DNA of 63,902 bases, the filler included, from Olpidium bornovanus S191 (taxonomy: Eukaryota > Fungi > Olpidiomycota): the NCBI GenBank assembly GCA_017911155.1. It is 31 parts of 31 records of this genome, joined end to end, with 100 filler letters (N's around TTAATTAATTAA, not from the genome) between each part and the next. Parts side by side here need not be neighbours in the genome. Positions count along the whole stretch, not along the records: positions 34,752 to 37,171 come from JAEFCI010008546.1; positions 37,272 to 38,518 come from JAEFCI010000451.1; positions 38,619 to 39,678 come from JAEFCI010001573.1; positions 39,779 to 40,985 come from JAEFCI010008812.1; positions 41,086 to 42,528 come from JAEFCI010012609.1; positions 42,629 to 44,112 come from JAEFCI010001936.1; positions 44,213 to 46,113 come from JAEFCI010001972.1; 24 more parts are not named here. One strand, 5' to 3'. Of the stretch, positions 34,753 through 46,213 are shown piece by piece (position 1 is the stretch's first letter; each line of letters opens with the position of its first letter). The notes beneath the pieces are model-generated. The model searched no databases and was not told the DNA's origin. It saw only the letters and a program-made list of their open reading frames with translations. Both the position numbers and the translations under genes were made by a program.

Positions 34753-36593
34753 ATGCCGCCGGTCATAAACTACCAGAGCATTTTCGAGCAGTCCAGCCCC
34801 ACCTCGCCCGTGGTGTTCATACTGAGCCCGGGCGCAGACCCGCAGAGCGACCTCCAGAAGCTGGCGGAAACCCTGGGTTTCGGCGGCAACCGCCTCAAAT
34901 TTTTGTCGCTCGGCCAGGGCCAGGGCCCGATCGCGCTCCAGCTCCTGGAGACCGCCGTCGCCCGCGGGCAGTGGCTGATGCTGCAGAACTGTCACCTGCT
35001 GGTGGCCTGGCTGCGCAACCTGGAGAAGGTCCTGGAAAAGATCGAGAAGCCGCACAAGGACTTCAGGCTCTGGCTGACGACGGAGCCGACGCCGTCCTTC
35101 CCCATCGGCATCCTGCAGAAGTCGCTGAAGGTGGTGACGGAGCCCCCGAACGGGCTGAAGCTGAACCTGCGCGCCACCTACTTCCGGATCACCGAGGACC
35201 TGCTGCAGGAGTGCCCGCACGCCGCCTTCCGCCCGCTGACGTACGTCCTGGCGTTCTTCCACGCCGTCGTCCAGGAGAGGGGCAAGTACGGCAAGATCGG
35301 CTGGAACGTCAAGTACGACTTCAACGAGTCCGACTTCCGGGTCTCGTTCACCATCCTGAAAACGTATCTCAACCGGGGGGACAGCCTGCACGACAACAAG
35401 GTGCCGTGGAGCAGCTTGCGGTACCTGATCGGGGAGACGATCTACGGCGGCCGGGTGACGGACGACCTCGACAGGAGGGTGGTCATCACGTACCTCGAGG
35501 AGTACATGGGGGATTTCCTGTTCGACTCCTTCCAGCCCTTCCACTTCTACCACAACGCTCAGGTGGACTACCGCGTCCCCCAGATCGGCGCGAGGGACGA
35601 CTACTTGCGCGAGATCGAGTCACTCCCGCTCACGAACGGGCCGGACGTCTTCGGACTGCACCCGAACGCCGAGATCGGGTACCTCGGCGAGGCCGTGAAA
35701 AGCCTGTGGGGCCACCTCATCAGCCTGCAGCCGCGGCGGTCGGACGCCGGGGGCGGGATGAGCAGGGAGGAGTTCATCGGCAGCATCGCCGCCGAGATCC
35801 AAGGCAAGCTGCCGGCCGCGTTCGACGTGCCGAGGATCTACAAGACGTTCGGCACGCCGTCGCCGACGCAGATCGTGCTGCTCCAGGAGCTGGAGCGGTG
35901 GAACAGCCTGGTGGAGAGGATGCAGGGGTCCCTGAGGGACCTGCGCAGGGCGCTCAAGGGGGAGATCGGCATGAGCCAGAAGCTCGACGAGGTGGCCAAC
36001 AGCCTGTTCAACGGCGGGCTTCCCGCCCTGTGGCGGGCCCTCACCCCGGCCACGGAGAAGAACCTCGGCAGCTGGATGAACCACTTCGAGCGGCGGCACC
36101 AGCAGTACTCGTCGTGGATCAAGAGCGGCGAGCCGCTCGTCGTGTGGCTGTCCGGGCTGCACGTGCCCGAGTCGTACATCTCCGCGCTCGTCCAGACCAC
36201 GTGCCGGAAGAACGCGTGGCCGCTGGACCGGTCCACCCTGTACACCCAGGTGACGCAGCACCGGGAGGCGAGGGAGGTCACCGACCGCCCGCAGTCCGGC
36301 TGCTACGTCGCGGGGCTCTACCTCGAGGGCGCGGCCTGGGACCTGGAAAACTCGTGCCTCCGGCGGCTGCCCCTCGGGGGCGGGCTCGTCACGGAGCTGC
36401 CCGTGCTGCGCGTGATACCGATCGAGGCGCACCGGCTGAAGCTCCAGAACACGTTCCGGACGCCCGTCTACGTGACCCAGCAGCGGCGGAACGCGGCCGG
36501 CGTGGGCCTGGTGTTCGAAGCGGACCTCGGCACGGCTGAACACGCTTCTCACTGGACACTACAGGGGGTCTGCTTGGTGGTACGTTTACCCCG

Positions 36594-36632
<39 letters not shown>

Positions 36633-36662
36633 CCCCGGGGGGAAGGGGGGGGGGGGCCCCGG

Positions 36663-36694
<32 letters not shown>

Positions 36695-36797
36695 ATAATA
36701 ATATTCCCTTACGCGACAACCCGCCGCATCCTAATTTGACTTCATTCTTTTTTCACTTCCAACTTTGTTTTTTTTGCAGCTCAACACCAACGAGTAA
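34753..36797 (+). CDS. DNAH10: Axonemal dynein heavy chain, C-terminal part (DNAH10 / inner arm I1-alpha-like), 5' partial
   Basis: [21 protein letters not shown]...[13 protein letters not shown]...[14 protein letters not shown]...FRLWLTTEP...[15 protein letters not shown]...[10 protein letters not shown]|LNTNE*; intron 36580-36779. Subtype assigned from recalled similarity to DNAH10. Confidence 0.93.
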
Positions 36798-37013
36798 TCA
36801 AACGGAGCTTTCTGACTGCCGGGAAAAGCACGCGACTGCGATGACGGTGACGGCCCTATCCCCCCCCCCCCCCCCCCCCCCTCCTCCCTCCCCCGCGAGG
36901 TAACTGGATCGCCTTCCGTTAAGTTTACATAGACATCATATTCCCCCTCAGGCTCACCTGTCCCATCGGCGGCATCGGAAAGCAAATTTCCCCCTTCCCC
37001 TCTCCCTTTTTCC

Positions 37014-37061
<48 letters not shown>

Positions 37062-37271
37062 CCCCCGCCCACACCTTACCACAGACGCGGGTGAACCCGG
37101 CACAGCTGTGTCCACAGCGGGTTACCGAGTCAAACCGAAACTGACGCTCCCCTGAGGCTCTCGCCCGGAAANNNNNNNNNNNNNNNNNNNNNNNNNNNNN
37201 NNNNNNNNNNNNNNNTTAATTAATTAANNNNNNNNNNNNNNNNNNNNNNNNNNNNNNNNNNNNNNNNNNNN

Positions 37272-38210
37272 GGCGCCGACCAGCCCGCGGCGGACACCAC
37301 CGCGAAACGCCGGTTGCCGATCTTGGCGGAGCTCAAGGAGATCGTGTCGGCCTTCGTCTACTCGGTGTGGCTCGGGGCGAAGCTCGTCATGGGTCGGCGC
37401 AGCCTCGCGTGGCTCGTGTTCTCGTACTCGCTGCCGCTGGTGCTGCACCGGTACCTTGAGAACGTCGTGTTCGCGCAGTACGCGGCGCAGGGTCTCGGCG
37501 TGCCGTCGAGCCAGCAGAAGCTCGTGGCGGGGGCGAACCTCGGCGAGCTGGCCGGGGCGCTGTTCGTGTTTCTCTTCTCCCGGGCCGTGGCGACGCCGCT
37601 GCCGTGGCTCCGCCTGGACGCGATCACGCTGGCCGTCGTGTGGATATTCCCGCTCGCCGACCCCCTGGGGCTCGGCATCAGCGTGGAAACCTGGGTGTGG
37701 TGCCTGTTCCCGGTCATGCTGGTCGTCTCCTTCGGGTGGGCGGCCGGCGACTGCTCCCTGGTGGCCTTCGTGCAGTCGCACATCGCCGCCGAGCCGGAAC
37801 GCGACGCCCGCGCGTCGGCCCTGGCCTCCGTCATGGCGTTCCTGTACATGCTGTACATCGTCCTGTTCGCCGTCATCGCCCCGCTCATGGGCTCGGTCCT
37901 GGACGCCTTCCTCGCCCCCGTCACCCTCCAGTTCGGGAGCACCACGCCGCCCGTCGAGGTCCGGCTGCCCGTCGTCCGCGAAGCAATGTTCTACACCGCC
38001 GGCGTGTTCATGACCTGCTGCGGCGTTTTTATCCTCGCCTCTACCTTCGTCCCGCGCGGCGCTCTCGCCTTCAACCCCAAGATGATCGGCGAGGACCGCA
38101 AGTCCCGCTCAGACGCGGAAGGCGGCGCCCCGGCAAGCCCGATGGTGGTCTCCCAGGAGAAGCGGACGGAGGGGCCGACGAGCCCGACAAACGAGGAGCT
38201 CCGCTCTTGA
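37272..38210 (+). CDS. Major facilitator superfamily-like multi-pass membrane protein, 5' partial
   Basis: Multiple TM helices; GANLGELAGALFVFL...PLPWLRLDA, SFGWAAGDCSLVAFVQ, SVMAFLYMLYIV; high-GC3 coding bias. Confidence 0.75.
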   Translation, partial: GADQPAADTTAKRRLPILAELKEIVSAFVYSVWLGAKLVMGRRSLAWLVFSYSLPLVLHRYLENVVFAQYAAQGLGVPSSQQKLVAGANLGELAGALFVFLFSRAVATPLPWLRLDAITLAVVWIFPLADPLGLGISVETWVWCLFPVMLVVSFGWAAGDCSLVAFVQSHIAAEPERDARASALASVMAFLYMLYIVLFAVIAPLMGSVLDAFLAPVTLQFGSTTPPVEVRLPVVREAMFYTAGVFMTCCGVFILASTFVPRGALAFNPKMIGEDRKSRSDAEGGAPASPMVVSQEKRTEGPTSPTNEELRS

Positions 38211-38637
38211 TGAGACGGGGGAACCCAACCAATGCGTCCTTTTTTTTTTTCTTTTTTCGTTCCTGGATGCGAGCCCCTTTACCTTCTTCGCGTCCGAACC
38301 AGCTACGCTGGCATAGTACATCTTCTTCTTGACTATTATCATCGAGGAGTAGACACCGTCTTAGCTGAGCTCGCAGTCTTTTCCCCCAATCCCACCCGAC
38401 AAACGAGGAGCTCCGCTCTTGATGAGACGGGGGAACCCAACCCAATGCGTCCTTCCCAATCCCACCGCCTGAGCTAAGCTCGCAGTCTTTTTCCCCCCAG
38501 TCTTTTCCCCCCAATCCCNNNNNNNNNNNNNNNNNNNNNNNNNNNNNNNNNNNNNNNNNNNNTTAATTAATTAANNNNNNNNNNNNNNNNNNNNNNNNNN
38601 NNNNNNNNNNNNNNNNNNAAGGAGCACGGACGTCCCA

Positions 38638-38672
<35 letters not shown>

Positions 38673-39203
38673 CCCCCTTTTTCCCCCTTCCCCCCCCCCC
38701 CCCCCCCCCCCCCCCCCCGCCCCCCGCCCCCCCGCCCCTCCCCCCCCTTTTCCCGCCTCCCCCCGCCTCTCCCCACCCGCCCCCCAAGGCTCGCCGCCCC
38801 CCACGAAGTCGAAAAATCACCCGCAAAGGGCTGGTGAGCGCGCAGCAACGCCCCGGATCGGCGAGCTGCCATCCCATCCCGCCGCGTGTCCCGTCGGCGA
38901 GGACGCCTGCCGCGCCGCGCCCGGCACTGCTTCTCCTCCGCTGTCTTCCACTCCCCCACCCCGCCTCTTTCTCTTTCCCCTCCTTGCCTTGGCCAACGGG
39001 CAGTTCCTGCGCGCTGAGGTGCCGGGCGGCCGAGAGCGTCCTCCGCTTTCTGTTGCGCGGAAACCTCTGGCTTTGCGCCCGGCCGTGAACGCGCCGTGCC
39101 AAAAACCGCGCTTGTACGCCCCGGCGCCTGGAACAGTTTTTCACCCCGGTCGTTTTTTTTTTCCTTCCGTCGTTCCGGACCTCTTGCAGGCCAACCACCG
39201 ACC

Positions 39204-39678
39204 ATGTCTCTCCCGGCCGCGATTACCAACTCCGATGGGTCCATCCTTCTGTTCAATAAGTGGAGCTTCGAGGATGTGAAAGTCAACGACCTCTCGCTGA
39301 CCGACTACATCCAGATCCGCCACCCGGTGTTCCTGCCGCACACGGCCGGCCGTTTCGCCAACAAGCGGTTTCGCAAGGCCCAGGTGTGTGGAGGATTTTA
39401 CCCCCCGCCCGGGCGCGGTTCTTTGTTTGAACGACTTGCGGATTCCTGGCCCGCGCGCTAAAACACTGGCCGCGACACGTTTGACAGTGCGACATCGTCG
39501 AGCGCCTGGTTAACTCGCTCATGATGCACGGCCGGAACAACGGGAAGAAGCTTATGGCGGTCCGCATCGTGAAGCACGCCTTCGAGATAATCCATCTCCT
39601 CACGGACCAGAACCCCATTCAGGTCACCGTTGACGCGATTGTGAACACCGGCCCGCGCGAAGATTCGACCCGTATCGG
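39204..39678 (+). CDS. RPS5: 40S ribosomal protein S5 (uS7), 3' partial
   Basis: [21 protein letters not shown]...[15 protein letters not shown]|[45 protein letters not shown]...[12 protein letters not shown]; intron 39384-39487. Confidence 0.98.
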
Positions 39679-40177
39679 NNNNNNNNNNNNNNNNNNNNNN
39701 NNNNNNNNNNNNNNNNNNNNNNTTAATTAATTAANNNNNNNNNNNNNNNNNNNNNNNNNNNNNNNNNNNNNNNNNNNNACATGTTACTTTCGGACATTGA
39801 TGCCGGACAGGACCGATCACCGGACCAGCACGCGCGGCGCTCTGCGGATCGGCGGACGGCCACGATGCCGCGGGCATTTTCGCCCCAGGCGGGCCTCGTG
39901 CGGCGGTTTCGGAAGCGCCGCGCCGACCGGGTCCGGGGTTGGTTAGTCCTGCCGACAGGAAAGAGGAGAAGTCACGATTTAGTTTGGGTGTCCTGAGGAC
40001 AACGCGAGATCTTTGAATGGCGGGTCGAGATTCGAGAACGTCCAAGGTGCCAATCCGCGGTTGGCACCTGGCTCTCCGGTTCTGTGTTTATAGGTGGCGT
40101 CATCTGGTCTGAGGCTGGACTCACTCCGTAAGAAATTGAGACTTTATGAAAATGTACAGGCAGGTTTTTACAAGGCG

Positions 40178-40382
40178 GCGAGGTATTGTCAAGTTTGAGC
40201 TTTTGCCAGCAGACGTTACCCAAATCTGCCACGCCAAACCGCGCATCTGCGTTTTGTTTTGTACAAAATCGGAATACTTAGCGAGGTATTGTCAAGCTTG
40301 AGCTTTTGCCAGCAGACGTTACCCAAATCTGCCACGCCAAACCGCGCATCTGCGTTTTGTTTTGTACAAAATCGGAATACTT
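40178..40382. repeat. Near-perfect 103-bp tandem duplication
   Basis: gcgaggtattgtcaag...cggaatactt starts at 40178 and at 40281. Confidence 0.95.
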
Positions 40383-41762
40383 CTAAGATGCAACTGGCCA
40401 GGAGGGGCACATTTTGGGGAGGGAGAGGCTTGCGGTGAGATTCGAAAAGAGATTACATTTCTAATTTTTTTTTTCAACTCAAAAAGCCCACCTGGAACAC
40501 GTTGTGGCATGTCAGCGGTTTGAAAGTCGGACTGCCTGCGTCGCCAGCTATCAGACCGACAAAACGCCGTCCCGCAAACAAAGACAGCACGGTCACATAT
40601 CCAACCCGGCCCTCCTTTGTCATCTGCCGTGGCGCACGTCCGGCCGCACGCCATGTCGCTGCGCCCTCTTCCCTTCTTGTCCTTGAACGTTGGGGCCCAT
40701 CTGAATGGTTTTTGATGCTCGCAGACTACGCAGGATTTATTACTGCGCTTTGTGAAACCCATCGCAGGCCATTTTCTTGAAGCTCCTTTCTGAAAAAAAA
40801 AAAAAAAAAAAAAAGCAGCGGTGCCGAACCTTCCGGGGCAGATTACCCAGCCGCGCGGACCAGACCATGGAAGGTCCGTTTCTGCACCCCTTCGCCACGT
40901 TCTCGAGCCCCATCACCGTACATCTGAGTAATTGGCAGAGACGGGCGGGACTGGGCCGTGGCAAGGACACTTTCGAACACTTGCGNNNNNNNNNNNNNNN
41001 NNNNNNNNNNNNNNNNNNNNNNNNNNNNNTTAATTAATTAANNNNNNNNNNNNNNNNNNNNNNNNNNNNNNNNNNNNNNNNNNNNCATGAAGGGGGGGAA
41101 AACACGAGCGACACTGTTGGACATCGGTTTCACTTCCAACACTGCCTTGCTGGTGTTTTAGCAAACCATCGAATCGGACACACAGAGCACTGTCAGAATA
41201 TCAGATCGACGTCACTGCCTGGCGAGGCCAGGGTACAGGTCCAATGCGGACTACGCATCTTACTGGGATGGGAATAAATTAACTCAATATCCGCGCTATA
41301 GACGTCGTAACCCGCGCAACCAAGCCAACCTACGCCCCAAGCCAACATATCCCCAGCACAAATCATCTGCACGAACTAGGCAAGCAGATTCTGGGTGCAG
41401 AGTCTGCACGCTGAGGCACTGGGGCGAGCGTTTCTGTGCCGGGTTTGGAGTTTGGCTGTTGGTGGGAATTCATTTTGATCAGTACACGCACAGCTGCTTC
41501 CGGCTGCTGTTTTTTATTTCACCCAAACGCCCTCTATTCCGGCTGCAGTCAGTGACTGCGCGATTGTGGCCTGTCACACAAGCCGTCGACCGCAGCAATG
41601 ATGTCATCGCCAATCAGGATAACCCGGGACCAGTTGACGTCCGCAGTACCGGACTCGTCACACACATTAGTACCGGACTCGTCACACACATTTTTCTCGT
41701 GTAGTCCACTTCCACTTCACCACGGGGAAATCCACAAAAATAAAAATAACGAAGTCGCAACG

Positions 41763-42528
41763 GGTTATGAGCCCAACTCGGACCTGACGGCGAAGCCCCT
41801 CTTCGCAGCCGCCGCCTTCGGCGCCGCCGCCGCGGCCTGCGCTGCGCCGTCACCGCCGCGCTCCACTGCCTTCGCCGCCGCCGCCGCCGCGCTCCGCCGC
41901 GCTCCGCTGCGCTCCGCCGCGCAGTCGCCGCCATCGCCGCCGCTGCGCCGCCGCCTTCGCCGCGCCCCGCGCTTCGCCTGAGCCGCCGCGCCCCGCCCCC
42001 GCGCCTTCGCCCGTTTTTTTGGGCATTCTCCGGCTGGTTCTCTCCATTTTTCACTCGTCAAAACACGCAGGCAAAATTGCGCTGCGTCCCTTCTACCGTC
42101 GTAACTCCGAAGCACGACGACGGTAAGACCGCTTCCACACGGTCCAAGGCTTCTCTACGACGCCTTCATGAGCAAATGGAACAGCTCCAGGTGGACGCGA
42201 GGAAAGGCGAGAGGACACTAGGAGCGAGTGGCAAGGAAAGCTCAGAAGACACAGAGCGCGTCGTCGGTCCACGCACCACGCAGGGCTGCGTCGGACACCG
42301 AGAGGGGCAGCGAACTTGACGTTGCCAAGCGGCTTGAGAAGGTCGGTATAAACCCACATGCCACACATGGAAGTCGCGTGATTTCGGGAAACTACCCGAC
42401 AATTCCAAAGGAAGAGCCAGAACAGGACTCCCAGGTCGGCCAACAACGAAACGCAGGTTCGGCATCGGCTGGCGGTTACCCCTCCCGCAGCAAGGCCGTG
42501 CTGCAGCCCGGAAAGGGGCAGGGAGGCG
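41763..42528 (+). mobile_element. Half-tRNA-iMet PBS plus GC-rich leader of an element related to B; downstream degenerate ORF
   Basis: GGTTATGAGCCC at 41763-41774, then GGACCTGACGGC and (GCC)-rich repeats, as at 18482-19000. Confidence 0.7.
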
Positions 42529-43733
42529 NNNNNNNNNNNNNNNNNNNNNNNNNNNNNNNNNNNNNNNNNNNNTTAATTAATTAANNNNNNNNNNNNNNNN
42601 NNNNNNNNNNNNNNNNNNNNNNNNNNNNCATGGATGAAGAGGTGGTTCACATATACTAATTTAACTAATAGTTGTATTAGCATTCCAGAACCGTTAGCTT
42701 AGGGCCTACAGGTGTTTTTTTCGCTTTCGGCGTCTTGCCCGCGACTGCAACCACCCGTCAACCACTCACAAACACAAACCCGGTCAGCTAATGCACGTCT
42801 TCTGCTGAACCTTGCTCTTTTCTTTCCCCATTGCAGCGGCTCGGGTCCGCCGCGAAGTCGGCTTACTCCTTCATATAATTATTATATAGAAGATATGTTG
42901 TTCTGAGGGCACGATATTCCGCGGTATAAAGCTTATTGAATTTCGTTCAGCGAAACTCGTGCATTTACCCCCTTCCCATCTCTCCCTCCCTTCCTTCCTT
43001 ACAAATCCGCTCCCTCCCCACTTCTCCCCGCGGGCACGACCAAAAACAAAAACGAGAAAAGAAAAAAAAAGAAAAAAGTTTGGTGGGGGGGAAGGGAAAG
43101 GGGATAAAACCCCCCCCGCGGTTCAGCCCCCCCCCGTCCCTCGCCCCTTCCCTTCCCCCCCCATTTCCCCCAACCCCCCCCCCCGGCTGATTCACACGCT
43201 GTCAGAGTTGTCTGACTCAGCTGACTTGGCGACGGTGCCCATTTGCACAACGTGTAGACGCCTGTCCGTGCTGTGCGACTGTCGATTGGAGTCCCAGCAG
43301 TCCACGTTGGTTGCAGTGCGCTCACCCGTTGTCAAGTTCGACATCCACAGAGCACTCTACACGATGAGCTGACAGATCTCAGGCCACGGCTGATATAATG
43401 AAGTGCATCAAGGTAGTCGAAAAATGGATCAAACTTAACTAAAAAAAAGGCCAGATGGCGCAAAGACGACTTCCGAAGGGAAGATAAAAAAGTGCGGTGT
43501 GTGCGATAAAGAAAAACCCGTGAAGGAATATACGACAGTGGTGTCCACGTGCGGGACTGTTTGGAAAACAAGGTGCGAGAGGAAAGGAGGAGAAGCTCCG
43601 ACGCGAGCTCGTTCGTGTTACCCGGTGCTCTCCCGAAGAAAGAGGAAATTCACAATCACTACTTCGGATCGACGCTAGTTCTTTGCAACGTCTTGTGAGC
43701 TTTTAAAACGTTCGCGATGAGTCACGTGCTCGC

Positions 43734-44112
43734 TTACTGGTTCTCGGGGCCGATCTCCTCCAATATGGACTGGAGGACTTTCTTTTCCGGAAACGTTATC
43801 CCGGGAACCATTATTGTGTAGTTTTTAGCCACCTTAACTACTTCCACACTCTCGTCGTCCCCGTCGACTAGATTCGCGAATTTTTTCGTTTTACCTTTGA
43901 TCTGGCACATCCCGACCTTGTAGACGTTCGAGCTTTTTCTGTACGTCAATAAGTCCACGTGTTTCGTTTCGGAGGCTTTTACGCTGTAGATCATGAATCT
44001 CCTTAGCATTTTCGGGCCATTGACGATCTTCTCGACATCTGATTCGTTCACATTGACAAATTTTCGCAAAATCCTAACCGCAGCCGAGACGCTCTTGGGG
44101 TTGGCTCTGTCG
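43734..44112 (-). CDS. Orphan intronless ORF, 5' partial, lower GC than host genes
   Basis: Open from the contig end: DRANPKSVSAAVRILRKFVNVNESDVEKIV...EEIGPENQ*; no motif recognised. Confidence 0.4.
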
Positions 44113-44212
44113 NNNNNNNNNNNNNNNNNNNNNNNNNNNNNNNNNNNNNNNNNNNNTTAATTAATTAANNNNNNNNNNNNNNNNNNNNNNNNNNNNNNNN
44201 NNNNNNNNNNNN

Positions 44213-46061
44213 CATGATGCAGCGGAAATCCACGTCGCCCTCGGCCTTAAAATGTGAGTGCGTAATTGGAGCATCGACATCTTTAGTAAAGGCCTTGTAG
44301 AATTCTGTGTATTCTGCCTCCGTGATCTCCTTGGGATCCCGCAGCCAGATGGCCTTTTGCCCGTTCATTAACTCCCAGTCCTCCCGCGTAACCTGCTTCG
44401 TCTTCTTTTTTGGTTTCTCCTCATTCTCTTCGTCGACGTCCTCAACATCAGCATCAGGCTTTTCGTCCTCCTTCGCGGGTTCCTTTGGGTCATTTTCCTC
44501 ATCCTCCTCCTCCACAACCTCCGTTTTCGTGGCCCACAGCCGGATTGGGAAGTTGATGAACTGAGAATATTTCTTGATTAATTTCCGGAGGGTGTCTTCC
44601 TCCAGGAAGTCGACTGCATCCTCCTTGACGTGCAACGTGATCTCCGTTCCGCGCTTAATAGTGTTTCCTCGCGGGTCTTTAGCAATGGTGAAGTCTTGAA
44701 CAGGGTAATCTCGTCAGTCTGTGTTGTACGGACGCTAACACGACAGCGCTGTAGTTCTGATTTCTACGGGAATTACCGTTCACGTCCGAGGACTCCCAGA
44801 TGTATTGCGTGTCGTTGTTGTGCTTGGTGACCACTACCGCCCGGTCAGCAACCTAGTAGGAGATAGAAGTTATTAGTCCGTGAGGCAGCCGAAAATTCGT
44901 GCCTCCAAAAATTCGACAAAAAAGCGGGGCAATAATAAACAGGGGAAACGATAGCAAAAGTAATAACATAAAAACGAAATCGAAACAAAGAGGGAGAGAA
45001 AAGCAACGCATACGGCCACCTGCGCGTACCAGAAAGATGGAATAGAACCCGACGCCGAACTCTCCGATTAGGCCGACGTCAGACTGTCGGCCTCCCTTTT
45101 CGAGGTGGGAGAGAAACTCGGAAGTGCCCGACTTGGCAATGGTACCAAGATTTTCCTTGAGCTCCTTTTTGGTCATCCCAACGCCCGTGTCGCGAATGAC
45201 GAGGATCCGGTTCGCCTTGTCCGCTTTAACCGTGATTTCGAGCTCCGAGTTTGTCGCAAGGGCCTCATTGTCCGTCAGAGCCAAGAAGCGGATCTTGTCC
45301 AGCGCGTCTGATGCGTTCGAAATGAGCTCCCTACGTACAGGTAGCACGTCAGAAACACGTTTAGCGGCGTGTTGCCTGCCGATGCCCGGATTTTCCACGC
45401 CCGAGAAAAAGCGAACCGGCGGCGGATCGCGGCGAACTGTACCGAAGAAAGATTTCTTTCGTCTTGTAGAGGCTGTGAACTATAAGCTTCATAAGCCGGC
45501 TAACCTCGCTCTTGAATTTTTTTTTCCGGTTTTGTTTTCATTTGAATTTTTTTTGTTTGTTTTGGTTTGTTGTTTTTGTTTATTTCTTGTCAGCACGGGA
45601 TGAACGGCCAGCGACCGGGGTAGAAGGATTTCGGTACGGGACGCGGTCCTCCGTCGAGCGCGCACGCCCTTGGAGTACAAACCTGGAATTCGAACGACTC
45701 CTGCGTTTTTTTGACCTCCTCGACCTGCTCCGGCGAGAGGCCTACGAAGTGCGTGCAACGATACCGACTTTCAGCACGGCAACGAAGACCTCAACGCAGA
45801 AAGTTCGATCGCCCGGCCACACAAAACGGCGGGTGGCGCGACGCGCCCTTCCGGCCCGCGAGCCGCCGGAGCGCGCGTCTCACCAGTCATCTGCGTCTCG
45901 TTCACCTTCGGAGTCCCCAGCGCCTGCACTTCCGCTCCTGACGGCGCTTCGCTGCTGCTGTGCGCAAGAACGGCGGACGCAAAGAGGAAGGATGCGGAGA
46001 GGAGAAGCAGCAGCGGCGGAAGGCGCAGAGGCCGCGCAGCGGACGGCTTGAACTTCTTCAT
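44213..46061 (-). CDS. HSP90B1: ER Hsp90 paralogue GRP94/endoplasmin, 3' partial
   Basis: Signal-peptide-like [17 protein letters not shown]; SFEFQ|[23 protein letters not shown]|[14 protein letters not shown]...DTGVGMT...[10 protein letters not shown]...GEFGVGFYS; [12 protein letters not shown]...[12 protein letters not shown]...[10 protein letters not shown]. Confidence 0.93.
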
Positions 46062-46213
46062 GGTGAGGTGAGGAGCTGCGGTGGCAGGGGCAGACGTCTG
46101 GCCGGGCGCGGGGNNNNNNNNNNNNNNNNNNNNNNNNNNNNNNNNNNNNNNNNNNNNTTAATTAATTAANNNNNNNNNNNNNNNNNNNNNNNNNNNNNNN
46201 NNNNNNNNNNNNN

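Noticed and set aside
34696-36552. Long antisense and alternative-frame ORFs over dynein (also over the O-FucT, MFS, SAP and kinase genes)
   Set aside because: Shadow ORFs expected from high-GC3 coding DNA, which is poor in stop codons; no independent motifs.
39488-39505. RPS5 CDIVER instead of the usual CPIVER
   Set aside because: A single substitution; it cannot be judged unusual without an alignment.
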